A DNA stretch of 59,562 nt, counting the filler. It is 4 parts of 4 records of this genome, joined end to end, with 100 filler letters (N's around TTAATTAATTAA, not from the genome) between each part and the next. Parts side by side here need not be neighbours in the genome. Positions count along the whole stretch, not along the records: positions 1 to 24,740 come from SRR31156797_7103; 3 more parts are not named here. The stretch is one strand, 5' to 3'. The notes under the pieces are model-generated. The model was given only the letters and a program-made list of their open reading frames with translations. It was not told the DNA's origin and did not search any database. A program made the position numbers and the translations under genes. Within the stretch, counting starts at the first letter, position 1; every line of letters begins with the position of its first letter. Of the stretch, positions 1-10,582 are shown one piece after another.

Positions 1-108
1 ATAGCATAATAAAGTTAAAAGCAATTTCCTAATGGAACAAACCTATTTTTTTTGAACATATTATTAATTCATTATCTTTCGATTTTTATCGACAAATACC
101 TAAGCAAA

Positions 109-582
109 ATGCCAAACACTTCAAGCAAGCAATTTAAAGCGTTATCCATTTTAGGAATTCTAATTGCCTTAAGCCTTATTGTTATTTTTATTATAAACGC
201 AGCGAGTAAAGAGAATGAAGCAACCATTAAAATTATAAAAGATCATTACACGATTTATGTTTCTGGTTTAGCTGCTCTTTTTATTATTATGTTTCGTCTT
301 TTTTTGTATTCGTACCAGAAAATACTCACAACCATCACCGCAGTTACTGCATTAATCCTTTTAATACCGGGGTATTTCGAAGATAATGTAACCCAACCCA
401 GATTTCATGCAGAACCTCTTTACAGTCCTTTATCAGATACTATTTCTGTAGACTCAACTTATATCCAAGACAGAGTTATTCCTCAGGAAATGGCTCACCC
501 CATTCGTCGCTATGATTCCCTTCCTCCTATTATCCGCGACTCTATTATTGAATTACCTTGTGCAGAAATAGAGGAGGAATAA
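109..582 (+). CDS. Hypothetical membrane protein (about 3 TM helices, soluble C-terminal tail)
   Basis: ORF 52..582; ATG at 109 (MPNTSSK) is the more plausible start; three hydrophobic segments; no recognisable family. Confidence 0.6.
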   Translation: MPNTSSKQFKALSILGILIALSLIVIFIINAASKENEATIKIIKDHYTIYVSGLAALFIIMFRLFLYSYQKILTTITAVTALILLIPGYFEDNVTQPRFHAEPLYSPLSDTISVDSTYIQDRVIPQEMAHPIRRYDSLPPIIRDSIIELPCAEIEEE

Positions 583-601
583 GAAGTATTATTCACAAAA
601 A

Positions 602-635
602 AAAGTCCGACTTTAAATTCACAAAGCCGGACTTT
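602..635. terminator. Probable bidirectional intrinsic terminator
   Basis: Inverted repeat AAAGTCCGACTTT...AAAGCCGGACTTT preceded by an A-run, between convergent genes. Confidence 0.65.
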
Positions 636-747
636 ACAATATTAATCAAAAACCTAATCTAGTTAATTCAGAAGTATTCAATAAACTGTGTCAACTTCAC
701 ACTCCTATATGGCACAATTTATCTATTTCAAATACTCCTCCACTCCC

Positions 748-1965
748 CTATAACCACACTTTATCTGGCTTCATAGTACCTTGATAATACAAGATCTCTT
801 TATAGGATTGGCAAGAAAATGCGATCATATGGGCTTTCTGTCCTTGGTCTATTTTTCCTCTGTCGGATAAGTTTAAGGCATGAGCTGCACGATTGGTAAT
901 GGCAGCCAAGGTTTCAGCAGTAGATAATTTTTCGGAAGCGCCTAAAACGGCTGCCTGCATTAGTAAATCACCCATGGGTGCTGAACCCGGATTCCAGTCC
1001 GAAGCAATGGCTATGCACATGCCTTTGTCGAGCATCATGCGCCCTTTAGGGTATGGCAAACCCAAACCCATGGAGCAACCCGGCAGTAAAACACCTGTGA
1101 TATTCGCCTTACTCAATAGCTCAATTTCCTTTTCGGTACTGGCTTCCAGATGGTCGGCACTTAGGGCATTAAACTGCACTGCCACCTGACTTCCCTTAGT
1201 GCTAAACTGATCGGCATGAACCACAACATCAAAACCCATTTGTTTGGCAGCTGCCAGATAAATATTGGCTTCCTCTATTCCAAAGGCACTTTCTTCTACA
1301 AATATATCCACACGGGATGCCAGCTTTTCTTCTTTTACTTTAGGTAAGATTTGATCTACTATATAGTGCGTATATTCCATTAGGCTATCAAACTCAGGCG
1401 CTTTTGTATGGGCTGCCAAACAAGTTGGCACCAAATGTACAGGATGTTGTTGATTGGCTTCCTGTATGGCCTTCAGCATCTTTACCTCATCTTCTAATGA
1501 CAGACCGTACCCACTTTTCACTTCACAGGTGGTCACCCCGTTTTTAAGCAGTACATCGGCTCGTTTCAGGATACCATTCACTAATTCCTGTTGACTGGCT
1601 TTTCGGGTATTTGTAACCGTTGAAAGAATGCCACCGCCACTTTTGGCAATATCCAGGTACGATTTTCCGGCTACACGCAAAGCATAATCATTTTCGCGTG
1701 ACCCGCCATAGCAAATATGAGTATGCGCATCAATCATTCCGGGCATAAGAACCTTAGGTTCTTCTATCCTTTCTATGTTTGCCTTTGGAAATTTACCCTT
1801 TAACTCCTGATAATTTCCTACCTCAGCAATTACACCCTCTTTGACCAACACGCCACCATCAGTAATGATTTCTAATTGCTCATCTTTTAAAGCGCCATAA
1901 AGAGATAAGTCACGCATGGTGACTATCTCCTTAAAAGGGCCTATTAATGTTGTAGCCTCTACCAT
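748..1965 (-). CDS. hutI: Imidazolonepropionase
   Basis: Amidohydrolase motifs [34 protein letters not shown]; downstream of hutU. Confidence 0.96.
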   Translation of the reverse strand: MVEATTLIGPFKEIVTMRDLSLYGALKDEQLEIITDGGVLVKEGVIAEVGNYQELKGKFPKANIERIEEPKVLMPGMIDAHTHICYGGSRENDYALRVAGKSYLDIAKSGGGILSTVTNTRKASQQELVNGILKRADVLLKNGVTTCEVKSGYGLSLEDEVKMLKAIQEANQQHPVHLVPTCLAAHTKAPEFDSLMEYTHYIVDQILPKVKEEKLASRVDIFVEESAFGIEEANIYLAAAKQMGFDVVVHADQFSTKGSQVAVQFNALSADHLEASTEKEIELLSKANITGVLLPGCSMGLGLPYPKGRMMLDKGMCIAIASDWNPGSAPMGDLLMQAAVLGASEKLSTAETLAAITNRAAHALNLSDRGKIDQGQKAHMIAFSCQSYKEILYYQGTMKPDKVWL

Positions 1966-3635
1966 ATTTTCAGATTGAATTTTTCGGCCATTTCTGTTGC
2001 TTTCTCATAACCCGCATCCGTGTGTCGGAAAATACCCATAGCCGGATCGTTGTATAAAACACGTTTGATATTTTCCTCTGCTTCAGTGGTTCCATCAACC
2101 AGAATAACCATACCGGCGTGTTGCGAAAATCCCATACCTACACCACCGCCATGATGGAAACTAACCCAGGTAGCACCACCCGAAGTGCTTGATAATAGGT
2201 TTAACAAAGGCCAATCCGAAACTGCATCCGTTCCATCTTTCATACCTTCCGTCTCGCGGTTTGGAGAAGCTACAGAACCACAATCCAGGTGATCGCGACC
2301 AATAACAATAGGGGCTATTACTTTACCTGATTTAACCAAATCGTTAAAAATAAGTCCGGCTTTTTCGCGCTCGCCCATGCCTAACCAACAAATACGTGAT
2401 GGCAAACCCTGAAAAGCTATTTTTTCTTTGGCTTCTTTTAACCAATGAATCAAATGCTTGTTTTCAGGAAAAGCTTCCATCAAGGCTTTATCTGTTTCAT
2501 AAATATCTTGCGGATCGCCCGATAAGGCTACCCAACGAAAAGGCCCTTTGCCCTCGCAAAACAAAGGACGAATATATTCCGGCACAAACCCGGGAATATC
2601 ATAGGCATCCGCCGTTCCACCCTGAAGTGCATATTCGCGAATATTATTCCCATAATCAAAGGTTTTAGCACCTTTGGCTTTCATCTCCAACATTAAAGCT
2701 ACATGTGTAGCCATGGTTTTAATGGCTTTTTGTTTGTATTCTTCAGGATTAGATACACGAAGCGCTAAGGCCTCTTGCAAAGTCATTTTGTTAGGAATAT
2801 AGCCAAACAATGGATCGTGAGCAGAAGTTTGATCGGTTAGCACATCCGGAATAATACCATCATTCAACAGCATGGCCAATACATCAGCGGCATTACCCAC
2901 TAATCCTACCGATATGGCTTCTCCTTTTTCTTTTGCCTCTAAGGTCCAGAGAATAGCCTCCTCATAATCCGCCGTCATTTTATCGATATAACGTGTATCT
3001 ACCCTTTTTTTGATACGTTCTGGATCTACATCAATACCTAAAAAAGTACCACCGGCCAATGTTCCTGCCAAAGGTTGAGCACCACCCATTCCTCCCATTC
3101 CGGCCGAAACAATAAGTTTACCTTTTAAATTACCATTGAAGTACTTTTCGGCACAAGCCACAAAAGTTTCATATGTACCTTGCAAAATACCCTGAGAACC
3201 AATATATATCCAGCTACCAGCGGTCATCTGACCATACATCATTTTACCCTGATCTTTTAATTTCTGAAAATGTTCCCAGTTGGCCCAGTTAGGCACCAGA
3301 TTACTGTTGGCAATTAAAACGCGTGGCGCATGCGGATGTGTACGAACGATACCTACCGGTTTACCCGATTGCACCAAAAGACTGTGATATTCATCCAGTT
3401 CCAATAATATTTCAATAATTTTTTCGAGACTTTCCCTGTTTCTAACCGCCTGCCCGGTTCCGCCATATACCACAAAATCAGCAGGCTCTTCAGCCACTTC
3501 TGCATCCAGGTTATTTAATAACATGCGTAAAGGCGCTTCCGTTTGCCAGCTCTTAGCATTTAACTGGTTGGTTCTGGGTGCATAATAGCTTGGGTGCTTG
3601 GCGTATTTATTGATAAAGTCCGAATATTTCGTCAT
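1959..3635 (-). CDS. hutU: Urocanate hydratase
   Basis: Motifs [58 protein letters not shown]; likely start ATG 3635 (MTKYSDF), ORF extends to 3671. Confidence 0.97.
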   Translation of the reverse strand: MTKYSDFINKYAKHPSYYAPRTNQLNAKSWQTEAPLRMLLNNLDAEVAEEPADFVVYGGTGQAVRNRESLEKIIEILLELDEYHSLLVQSGKPVGIVRTHPHAPRVLIANSNLVPNWANWEHFQKLKDQGKMMYGQMTAGSWIYIGSQGILQGTYETFVACAEKYFNGNLKGKLIVSAGMGGMGGAQPLAGTLAGGTFLGIDVDPERIKKRVDTRYIDKMTADYEEAILWTLEAKEKGEAISVGLVGNAADVLAMLLNDGIIPDVLTDQTSAHDPLFGYIPNKMTLQEALALRVSNPEEYKQKAIKTMATHVALMLEMKAKGAKTFDYGNNIREYALQGGTADAYDIPGFVPEYIRPLFCEGKGPFRWVALSGDPQDIYETDKALMEAFPENKHLIHWLKEAKEKIAFQGLPSRICWLGMGEREKAGLIFNDLVKSGKVIAPIVIGRDHLDCGSVASPNRETEGMKDGTDAVSDWPLLNLLSSTSGGATWVSFHHGGGVGMGFSQHAGMVILVDGTTEAEENIKRVLYNDPAMGIFRHTDAGYEKATEMAEKFNLKIW

Positions 3636-5178
3636 GATTACTAAGTTTAATGCGGTTGCTTTTTGCGGCACTGTTTAAAACAGCGACCAATTCTTTATTT
3701 TTAATGATATTAATGCAAGTCTCTATATCATCGCCAAAGCGACGATCCTGATCAGCATGGTCGATAAAACGACGGATATAATTATGGCATTCTTCGAGTA
3801 AAACACCTGATTTCAATGGTTTTCTAAAATCAAAAGCCTGGGCAGCTGATAACAATTCGATGGCCAGTATCTTTTCCAGGTTTTCAATAACCCGCAAGGA
3901 TTTCCGCGCACTTACCGATCCCATACTCACATGATCTTCCTGTCCCAAAGAAGTTGGAATACTATCTGATGAAGCTGGAAAACACAGTGTTTTATTTTCG
4001 GTAGCTAATGCCGCGGAGGTGTATTGCGGAATCATAAAACCGGAATTTAAACCGGTATGTTTCATGAGCAACACCGGTAAGCCTTCATGCCCTTCGAGCA
4101 GCATATAACTTCTTCTGTCCGAAATATTTCCTATTTCACTGGCAGCAAGTGCTGAATAGTCCAAAGGCAAAGCAATAGGCTGACCATGAAAATTTCCTCC
4201 ACTGTAAGTGTGATCAGCATCTTCCACAATCGGATTATCGGTAACTGAATTGATTTCGATATGAATGGTGTCTTTTAAGTGTTTCCATGCATTTCGTGAA
4301 GCGCCATGAACCTGCGGGATACATCGCAACGAATATGGGTCCTGTACTCTTGTACAATGCTGTCCCTGATGAGAAGCCAATATCTCAGACCCTTTTAACA
4401 TGGTGCGCATTCGGGAAGCTACGTGTTGGTTTCCATCATAAGGTCTTATCTCATGAAGAATAGGTGCAAAAGGCTTTTCAGACCCCAGTAAAGCCTCTAA
4501 GGTCATAGCGCCAATAATATCGGCAGCATCCAGACAATTGGCCAGTTTTTCAATAATTTTAATACCATGTGCAGCCATAAACTGAGTACCATTAATTAAG
4601 GCCAAACCTTCCTTGGCGCCCAGTTTTATTGGATTCATTCCTAATTTATCCAACACTTCTGAAGCTTCATATTCCTTTCCTCCGTAGGAAACTTTTCCAT
4701 GACCGATTAAGGGTAAAAATAAGTGAGCCAGCGGAGCTAAATCACCGGATGCCCCCACCGATCCCTGCTCCGGAACTTTTGGAATAACATCATTTTCGAT
4801 ATGCCAGATAATGCGTTCAACTGTTTCTAAACGAATGCCGGAAAAACCTTTGCTTAAAGCATGAACTTTAAGAATGAGCATTAGTTTGGCAATTTCATCA
4901 TCGATATAATCACCTACACCTACGCTATGACTGATTAATAAATTGTATTGTAACTGCTCGGTATCATCTGCCGAAATAATGGAAGTACAAAGGGGCCCGA
5001 AACCGGTATTAATTCCATACACGACCTGCTCGCGAGCGACAATTTTTTCTACTTCGGCTCTGTTTTTAACAATGGCATCAATGGCTTCTGAATCGAGCAG
5101 CCCTTTGATATTTCCAGCAGCTATATCCAAGGCCAGGCCTGTTGTTAAAAAATCTATTCCGTATTTGAATGTTTTCAT
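3607..5178 (-). CDS. hutH: Histidine ammonia-lyase
   Basis: [12 protein letters not shown]-forming [34 protein letters not shown]. Confidence 0.97.
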   Translation of the reverse strand: MKTFKYGIDFLTTGLALDIAAGNIKGLLDSEAIDAIVKNRAEVEKIVAREQVVYGINTGFGPLCTSIISADDTEQLQYNLLISHSVGVGDYIDDEIAKLMLILKVHALSKGFSGIRLETVERIIWHIENDVIPKVPEQGSVGASGDLAPLAHLFLPLIGHGKVSYGGKEYEASEVLDKLGMNPIKLGAKEGLALINGTQFMAAHGIKIIEKLANCLDAADIIGAMTLEALLGSEKPFAPILHEIRPYDGNQHVASRMRTMLKGSEILASHQGQHCTRVQDPYSLRCIPQVHGASRNAWKHLKDTIHIEINSVTDNPIVEDADHTYSGGNFHGQPIALPLDYSALAASEIGNISDRRSYMLLEGHEGLPVLLMKHTGLNSGFMIPQYTSAALATENKTLCFPASSDSIPTSLGQEDHVSMGSVSARKSLRVIENLEKILAIELLSAAQAFDFRKPLKSGVLLEECHNYIRRFIDHADQDRRFGDDIETCINIIKNKELVAVLNSAAKSNRIKLSNHDEIFGLYQ

Positions 5179-5202
5179 ACTTTGTTTTGTATTAACTATC
5201 AG

Positions 5203-5676
5203 TTATTGACATCGCTCTGCCAATGATTTCATATTCAAATTGCTTTCAACCTCATCAAAAGCCTCAAAAAGTTTACTACTGAATTCTCCTTCTTTTAAAA
5301 CTTGTTGAATGGATTGTTGAATTTTTTCCCAAACAGGCAGTAGTTTATCCACCAGTTTTTCACCTTTCGGCGACAATGCCAGCATTCTTTTGCGTTTATC
5401 TTCCTTTCCGGGATAAGCTGCAATTAGTTCCTTGCTCAACATGACTTTAGAAACCTGGATTACCGAAGGATGTGCCATTTGTAATATCTCTGCAATTTGA
5501 GTGATAGACAATTCTTTGTTCAAGTGCAAGAGGTACAAAATATGAAACCAACCAGGTTCAAATTCAATTCCTTTACTTTTATATACTTCAGCAATTTCCT
5601 GTAAAATGCGTTCGCTTACTTTCCGTAAACGAGAAGCTAAAACCAGTTCGCCTAATTGTTGATAGTAATTGATCAT
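5203..5676 (-). CDS. MarR-family transcriptional regulator
   Basis: 157 aa winged helix with SITQIAEILQMAHPSV and wing motif DKRKRMLALSPKG; embedded in the hut cluster. Confidence 0.88.
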   Translation of the reverse strand: MINYYQQLGELVLASRLRKVSERILQEIAEVYKSKGIEFEPGWFHILYLLHLNKELSITQIAEILQMAHPSVIQVSKVMLSKELIAAYPGKEDKRKRMLALSPKGEKLVDKLLPVWEKIQQSIQQVLKEGEFSSKLFEAFDEVESNLNMKSLAERCQ

Positions 5677-5747
5677 TATGATTTTGTTAAAATATAGTTG
5701 TAATGTACCTTAAAAATTACTTAGACTGAAAGCCTTTTACTTTACAA

Positions 5748-5766
5748 CAAGGGACATCGTCCCTTG
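5748..5766. repeat. Short palindromic hairpin (REP-like or terminator)
   Basis: CAAGGGAC-ATC-GTCCCTTG perfect 8-bp inverted repeat. Confidence 0.5.
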
Positions 5767-5835
5767 ATATAGATACATTGTAAATGTCAGACTGTAGTTC
5801 TGATACCTTTATGGATTTCATCCCTAAAACCCTGA

Positions 5836-5882
5836 CTTACTTTCTTTTCTTGATGAAAGAAAGTAAGCAAAGAACATCAAGA
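5836..5882. repeat. Structured intergenic element with H-type pseudoknot potential
   Basis: 12-bp stem CTTACTTTCTTT/AAAGAAAGTAAG; its 8-nt loop TCTTGATG is the exact reverse complement of CATCAAGA 7 nt downstream. Confidence 0.6.
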
Positions 5883-5948
5883 CTGCGACTGCCTTGCTGT
5901 AAAAAACAAGATCTTATTTTATTTCAACTACAATTCTGTTTGTTGACC

Positions 5949-7568
5949 TTATCCTCTTTCATCTAAAGCTGCTAACACCTTGTTTTTATATACCTCAGCT
6001 CTTTGTAACAATTCATCTGCTTTTTCCAGCATTTCGTTTTTGTAGTTTTCATCGGTAATATCTGTCATATTGATCAATACATTTTTATGCGCACCCCAAA
6101 TGCCTGTTTCCAATGCTTTTGCACCTACTTCCACATCTGATTTGGAAGCAATATTGCCGTATTTGGCCACTTCCAGCATTTTATCCCATGCTTTATCTGC
6201 GACCTCCATAATATGCAAAGGAACCTGAATGGCCTTTTTTAAACCTTGTTGCATAGCTTCAGTTCTTAGCTGCTTCTCTTCTTCTGTATCTTTAGGAAGA
6301 CGCAAAGCTTCTACATAATCATTAAAAGCATTGGTATCAGCATCAATCAGCGGTATTAATTTCTGCGTAGCATTATGCAGTACCGGAACAATTTGACGCA
6401 TATGCTGATCTACCTTTTCAAATTTGCGCACACCATAAGTCAAATGACCAACCATACATCCCAATCCGACACCAATAGCAGCAATAGCAGCAGAAGCAGA
6501 ACCTCCTCCAGGGGCTGAAGTCCTGGCAGCCACATTTTCAATAAATCCTCTTAAACTCAAATGTACCAATGGATCATTAGCCGGATCAGCCACCACATAC
6601 TCTATTATTCTTTTTTCCGGAATAAATGGCGTGATTGAATTAAGTCCCAAACGATCAATCACCAAATTAATCTTCTGACGTTCATCCACAATCATCAGAC
6701 CTTCTTTTTCCATGTAATAATCTGCAGCCTGCAGCATGGCTTCCAATGGCACCAATCCAACCAATTCTGAACCAGCAATGGCCACATTCATAAAGTTTGC
6801 CTGTTGTTTACATGTTTCAAAAGCCTTATGAATGGACGTTACATTATAATCATTCAGGTTAATGGATACCTGAGCCATATTGTATTCATCCACATACCAT
6901 CCAATTCCTTTGGTCATAGGTAATAAGCCCGGCTTTCCATCATTACGACCAGCTTCGCGAATATCAAAAGCTATACGAAAAGCCTGCTCCTTCGTACCTA
7001 ATACATTTACATTATAAGCAATAAGAAACGTTCTGGCACCAGTAACCGTGGCTCCCCAACTGGGAACAAATTCTGCCGGGCCAAAATCGGGCTTCCATTT
7101 CTCCTGTGTAATCCTATCCGGAATGGCTTCGTATTCTCCTTCTCTGATATCCGGTAATTTTTTTCGGTAATCCTTTTCCTGGGCGTGCTCATATAAATAC
7201 ACCGGTATTCCCAACTCTTCTGCGGCTCTCCTTCCAAACTCCTTTGCACAAGCCACGCAATCATCCATAGTAGCATTAGCCACAGGTATAAACGGACAAA
7301 CATCCATAGCTCCCATCCGGGGATGCGCTCCTTTGTGTTTGCTCATATCTATTAAACGATAGGCCACTTTTGCAGCGTTGATGGCTCCATCCACAACTGT
7401 TTGCGCATCGCCAACAAAAGTAAATACAGTTCTGTTGGTTGATTTTCCCGGATCAACATCTAAAACGGTACATCCGGATGTTTGCTTTATGGCTTCGGTA
7501 ATGGCTGAAATAACTTCCTCATCTCTTCCTTCTGAAAAATTGGGAACACATTCAATTATTTGCTTCAT
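5949..7568 (-). CDS. ftcd: Bifunctional glutamate formiminotransferase / formiminotetrahydrofolate cyclodeaminase
   Basis: ECVPNFSEG, HPRMGAMDVCPF in the N-terminal domain; APGGGS cyclodeaminase motif in the C-terminal domain; 539 aa; hut context. Confidence 0.95.
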   Translation of the reverse strand: MKQIIECVPNFSEGRDEEVISAITEAIKQTSGCTVLDVDPGKSTNRTVFTFVGDAQTVVDGAINAAKVAYRLIDMSKHKGAHPRMGAMDVCPFIPVANATMDDCVACAKEFGRRAAEELGIPVYLYEHAQEKDYRKKLPDIREGEYEAIPDRITQEKWKPDFGPAEFVPSWGATVTGARTFLIAYNVNVLGTKEQAFRIAFDIREAGRNDGKPGLLPMTKGIGWYVDEYNMAQVSINLNDYNVTSIHKAFETCKQQANFMNVAIAGSELVGLVPLEAMLQAADYYMEKEGLMIVDERQKINLVIDRLGLNSITPFIPEKRIIEYVVADPANDPLVHLSLRGFIENVAARTSAPGGGSASAAIAAIGVGLGCMVGHLTYGVRKFEKVDQHMRQIVPVLHNATQKLIPLIDADTNAFNDYVEALRLPKDTEEEKQLRTEAMQQGLKKAIQVPLHIMEVADKAWDKMLEVAKYGNIASKSDVEVGAKALETGIWGAHKNVLINMTDITDENYKNEMLEKADELLQRAEVYKNKVLAALDERG

Positions 7569-7644
7569 TTTAACGCGTGTTTTTGTTGTCGTAATTCATA
7601 TTTAAATAATCGGTAATACACGTTTTTAGATAATTGGGAAATTA

Positions 7645-7662
7645 TATGTATGTACCTACATA
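7645..7662. promoter_or_regulatory. Candidate operator palindrome upstream of the ftcd-marR-hut cluster
   Basis: TATGTATGTACCTACATA, an 18-bp near-perfect palindrome about 77 bp upstream of the ftcd ATG. Confidence 0.55.
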
Positions 7663-7753
7663 AATTTACACAATCTTTTAATTAAAGACAATATTAATGA
7701 CACACTTACTTTTGAATGAGTTCAATCCGCAATAAGAAACTTATAAAATATAA

Positions 7754-7784
7754 AAAACCACATGAATTAGATCCATGTGGTTTT
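7754..7784 (-). terminator. Intrinsic terminator after the MCP gene
   Basis: AAAACCACATG...CATGTGGTTTT stem with T-run on the minus strand. Confidence 0.65.
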
Positions 7785-7817
7785 CTATATGATATTGTTC
7801 GTTTAAAGATCGAAGTA

Positions 7818-9428
7818 TTAACTCTTCACCTTAAAAAAGGAGATTTGTTTTTGTAAGGCACTCGCATAGCTATTTAACTGTTCTGCTTTACTTGACATTT
7901 GATCAGCAATTTGGGCATTGGTTTGGGTATCATTATTTAGTCCCTGGATGGCATTATTGATTTCTGAAGCCCCAGCTCCTTGTTCAATAGAAGACGAAAC
8001 TATTTCAGCTAATAAACTGGATGTTTTGGTAATGTCCGGAACCAGTTGAGCCAACTTCACTCCCGTTGAACTTACGGTATCCATTCCTTCCGAAAACAAA
8101 CGATCAATTCTATCCGCCGAAGTTTTAGTTCTTTCTGCCAACTTACGCACTTCTCCTGCTACTACACTAAAACCGCTTCCTGCTGCTCCAGCCCTGGCAG
8201 CTTCTACAGAAGCATTTAATGCCAAAATATTGGTTTGTTGAGCAATATCACCAATTGCCGCTAATTCCACTTTTATAGAATCCATTGATTTAACAGCTTC
8301 CTGCGACGAATCATTTCCTGATTCAATCTCTGTAGCCGAAGTATTCGCAATTTCTTCTGTGGTTTTAGCATGCGCACTGTTTTGATCAATCGTAGCGGTC
8401 ATCTCTTCCATAGAAACCGATATTTCTTCCACTGCTGCTGCCTGCGAATTGGCTGATTGGCTCAGTTGCTTGGCTAAAGTCGTAGAAGACGTACTTTCCT
8501 GAATCAATCGTCCTGTAGCTTCATTTACGGCCTGTATTACCGACAATAATGAATCACTCATTTTATTCAGGTTACGATATATTTCAGAGAACTCATCACT
8601 GCCCTCTTCCGGTAACTTCTCAGTTAAATCACCTTGCGCAATCTTTTCATTGGCTCTGATAATTCCTCTTAGTTTATGATTTGTTTTAGAAATAAAATAA
8701 CTGCTAATAATCACAACAATCAAAAGTACAGAAAGCATAATTAACACAATACGCCAAATTGCTCCTTTAATATTGGCCTGTACTTCATTATCATTAGCAT
8801 TTAAGCTTGACTTAATAATAAATACGCCTTCTATATCACCGTCCTTATAGTTTTCAAGTGGGTAGCCTAATACATCTTTACCGTTACCCCAGGGACTGGT
8901 AGATGGTGCACCATGACAAGTCAAACAGCCTTGTTTTTCAGAAAGTTTTACAGGACTCATCACCCACAATTCATTGGTTTCCTTATTGGTATAAGTTAAA
9001 CTGTTTAAAGTATCGTTTTCCTCAAACTGAGTAATAAAATCAGCTTCCAGTTCCGAAGCCATATTCTTTTTATTTCTTGGCTTTTTAGAGGCCACTCTAA
9101 AAACATAGCTGTCTTTATCTGCATTAGTACTACCTACCGCCATTGAAGCAAAAATAGGTACCTTTTTAAGCATAGTTTCTTTTTCGTGATCAGGAATCTG
9201 ACCATCAGGATACTTCTGAGCTAGTTCATCAATTTCCTCTTGCATATTGAATTGCGTGGCCACGTAGGTTCTAACAGCTTCCATCCTGGTCAGGATAGTT
9301 TTTGTTTTTCGCTCCAATGTTTCAACTCCTTGCTTTTTTAGCGTAGTGGACGAAACATATATCGCTATGAAGGTAGAGATTAGAATTGGTAGAAAGACGA
9401 TTAGAATTAGTTTTACTCTAAACTTCAT
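7818..9428 (-). CDS. Methyl-accepting chemotaxis protein with periplasmic c-type heme (CxxCH; DUF3365/Tll0287-like) sensor and HAMP domain
   Basis: Two TM helices flank a sensor containing CLTCHG; HAMP; signalling hairpin [20 protein letters not shown]...[13 protein letters not shown]. Confidence 0.9.
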   Translation of the reverse strand: MKFRVKLILIVFLPILISTFIAIYVSSTTLKKQGVETLERKTKTILTRMEAVRTYVATQFNMQEEIDELAQKYPDGQIPDHEKETMLKKVPIFASMAVGSTNADKDSYVFRVASKKPRNKKNMASELEADFITQFEENDTLNSLTYTNKETNELWVMSPVKLSEKQGCLTCHGAPSTSPWGNGKDVLGYPLENYKDGDIEGVFIIKSSLNANDNEVQANIKGAIWRIVLIMLSVLLIVVIISSYFISKTNHKLRGIIRANEKIAQGDLTEKLPEEGSDEFSEIYRNLNKMSDSLLSVIQAVNEATGRLIQESTSSTTLAKQLSQSANSQAAAVEEISVSMEEMTATIDQNSAHAKTTEEIANTSATEIESGNDSSQEAVKSMDSIKVELAAIGDIAQQTNILALNASVEAARAGAAGSGFSVVAGEVRKLAERTKTSADRIDRLFSEGMDTVSSTGVKLAQLVPDITKTSSLLAEIVSSSIEQGAGASEINNAIQGLNNDTQTNAQIADQMSSKAEQLNSYASALQKQISFFKVKS

Positions 9429-9742
9429 ATTTACATATTAATTAAGGACGTTTTTGTCTCATATTACGAATTGAACATATGAAGGTTAGATTCTGAAATG
9501 ATGTTTAACCTACTTTAACAAGGGATATCATGTCACTAAATAGTCATTTTATACAAACAACTATTATTTAGCATTTTAATATTTAAGTATTTTAATTACC
9601 TTTTTATGTAAAACTGGGAAATTAAAAAAGAAATGTAAAAAAATGTAAACTCTATTATATACTTTAGACTTATAATTTTTATAAAAAACTTTAAAATCAA
9701 TTCAACACCCCTCCCATATCCCAATTCTTTACTATTAATAAC

Positions 9743-9750
9743 TATATTTG
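9743..9750 (+). promoter_or_regulatory. Bacteroidota sigmaA -7 element
   Basis: TATATTTG matches TAnnTTTG about 100 bp upstream of the gene at 9848. Confidence 0.45.
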
Positions 9751-9847
9751 TACATACAACACCCATCTATTATAACTGGATCACCCTCCAGTTTACAATA
9801 TTTTCAGGTAAGCACTTGATTTAATTTTCATCCGTAAACGAATAGAT

Positions 9848-10447
9848 ATGCAAAATAATTATGCCTTTTTTGATGTAGACAGCGTTGAGATTACTCCGGG
9901 AACTGTAAGATACAACTGCCCGGACAGAAGTGAACCTATAAGTGAGTATTTATTTGAAATATACGGATTAATATCTGGTATCAATGCTCCTTATTTATTT
10001 ACTATTCATGAAAATGGATGTAAACCAACTCAGGAAGATAAACGTGATGCTGTTTTTGTTCCCATCAATGGTGATGATAAGGAATGGAAAAAATCTGCCG
10101 GTTTGCGCTATAAGTATTACCTGGAAAGAGGACACTCGAATGAAGCAGATGACCTGATGGTTTTTAACAGTAACAAAAATGCCAGCGAATGCATTAAAGC
10201 TATTGACGCCAAGCAATGGATTGTTTTTGGAGTGGGCTTAGAAAACAAAGTAGATCATGTTATTACCGAACTCATTAATCAAAAACGCAGAGTTGCTTTT
10301 ATTCCGGAATTGATTATCAATGAAAGTGCCAATGAAGATGGTGAAATTAATGAAGATGAATTAAACAGCTATTTTACCAAGTGGGAACTTTTAGGTGCTA
10401 AACCGATGAAGTATAACCATGTAATGGCTTTGATAAAGAAAAAATAA
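9848..10447 (+). CDS. Hypothetical protein, probably degenerate isochorismatase/nicotinamidase (cysteine hydrolase) fold
   Basis: N-terminal YAFFDVD strand and WIVFGVGLENKV resembling the family GVATDYCV motif, without the Cys. Confidence 0.5.
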   Translation: MQNNYAFFDVDSVEITPGTVRYNCPDRSEPISEYLFEIYGLISGINAPYLFTIHENGCKPTQEDKRDAVFVPINGDDKEWKKSAGLRYKYYLERGHSNEADDLMVFNSNKNASECIKAIDAKQWIVFGVGLENKVDHVITELINQKRRVAFIPELIINESANEDGEINEDELNSYFTKWELLGAKPMKYNHVMALIKKK

Positions 10448-10492
10448 ACGGAGAGAAGAATATCTCAAATTAGAATCCGTTAATCCCCATCC

Positions 10493-10541
10493 CTCCATCT
10501 AAGATGGAGTACTTCCCCTTGCTCTCTGGAGCAAGAGGAAG
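10493..10541. repeat. Tandem hairpins (REP-like element or bidirectional terminator) between convergent genes
   Basis: CTCCATC-TAA-GATGGAG followed by CTTCCCCTTGCTC-TCTG-GAGCAAGAGGAAG. Confidence 0.55.
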
Positions 10542-10582
10542 AATTAAACCTATAATTCTAAAACAATAATAGAGACAGGCTT

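Noticed and set aside
5784-5966. 60-aa ORF between ftcd and marR
   Set aside because: Opposite strand to the operon and runs through the structured repeat; likely spurious.
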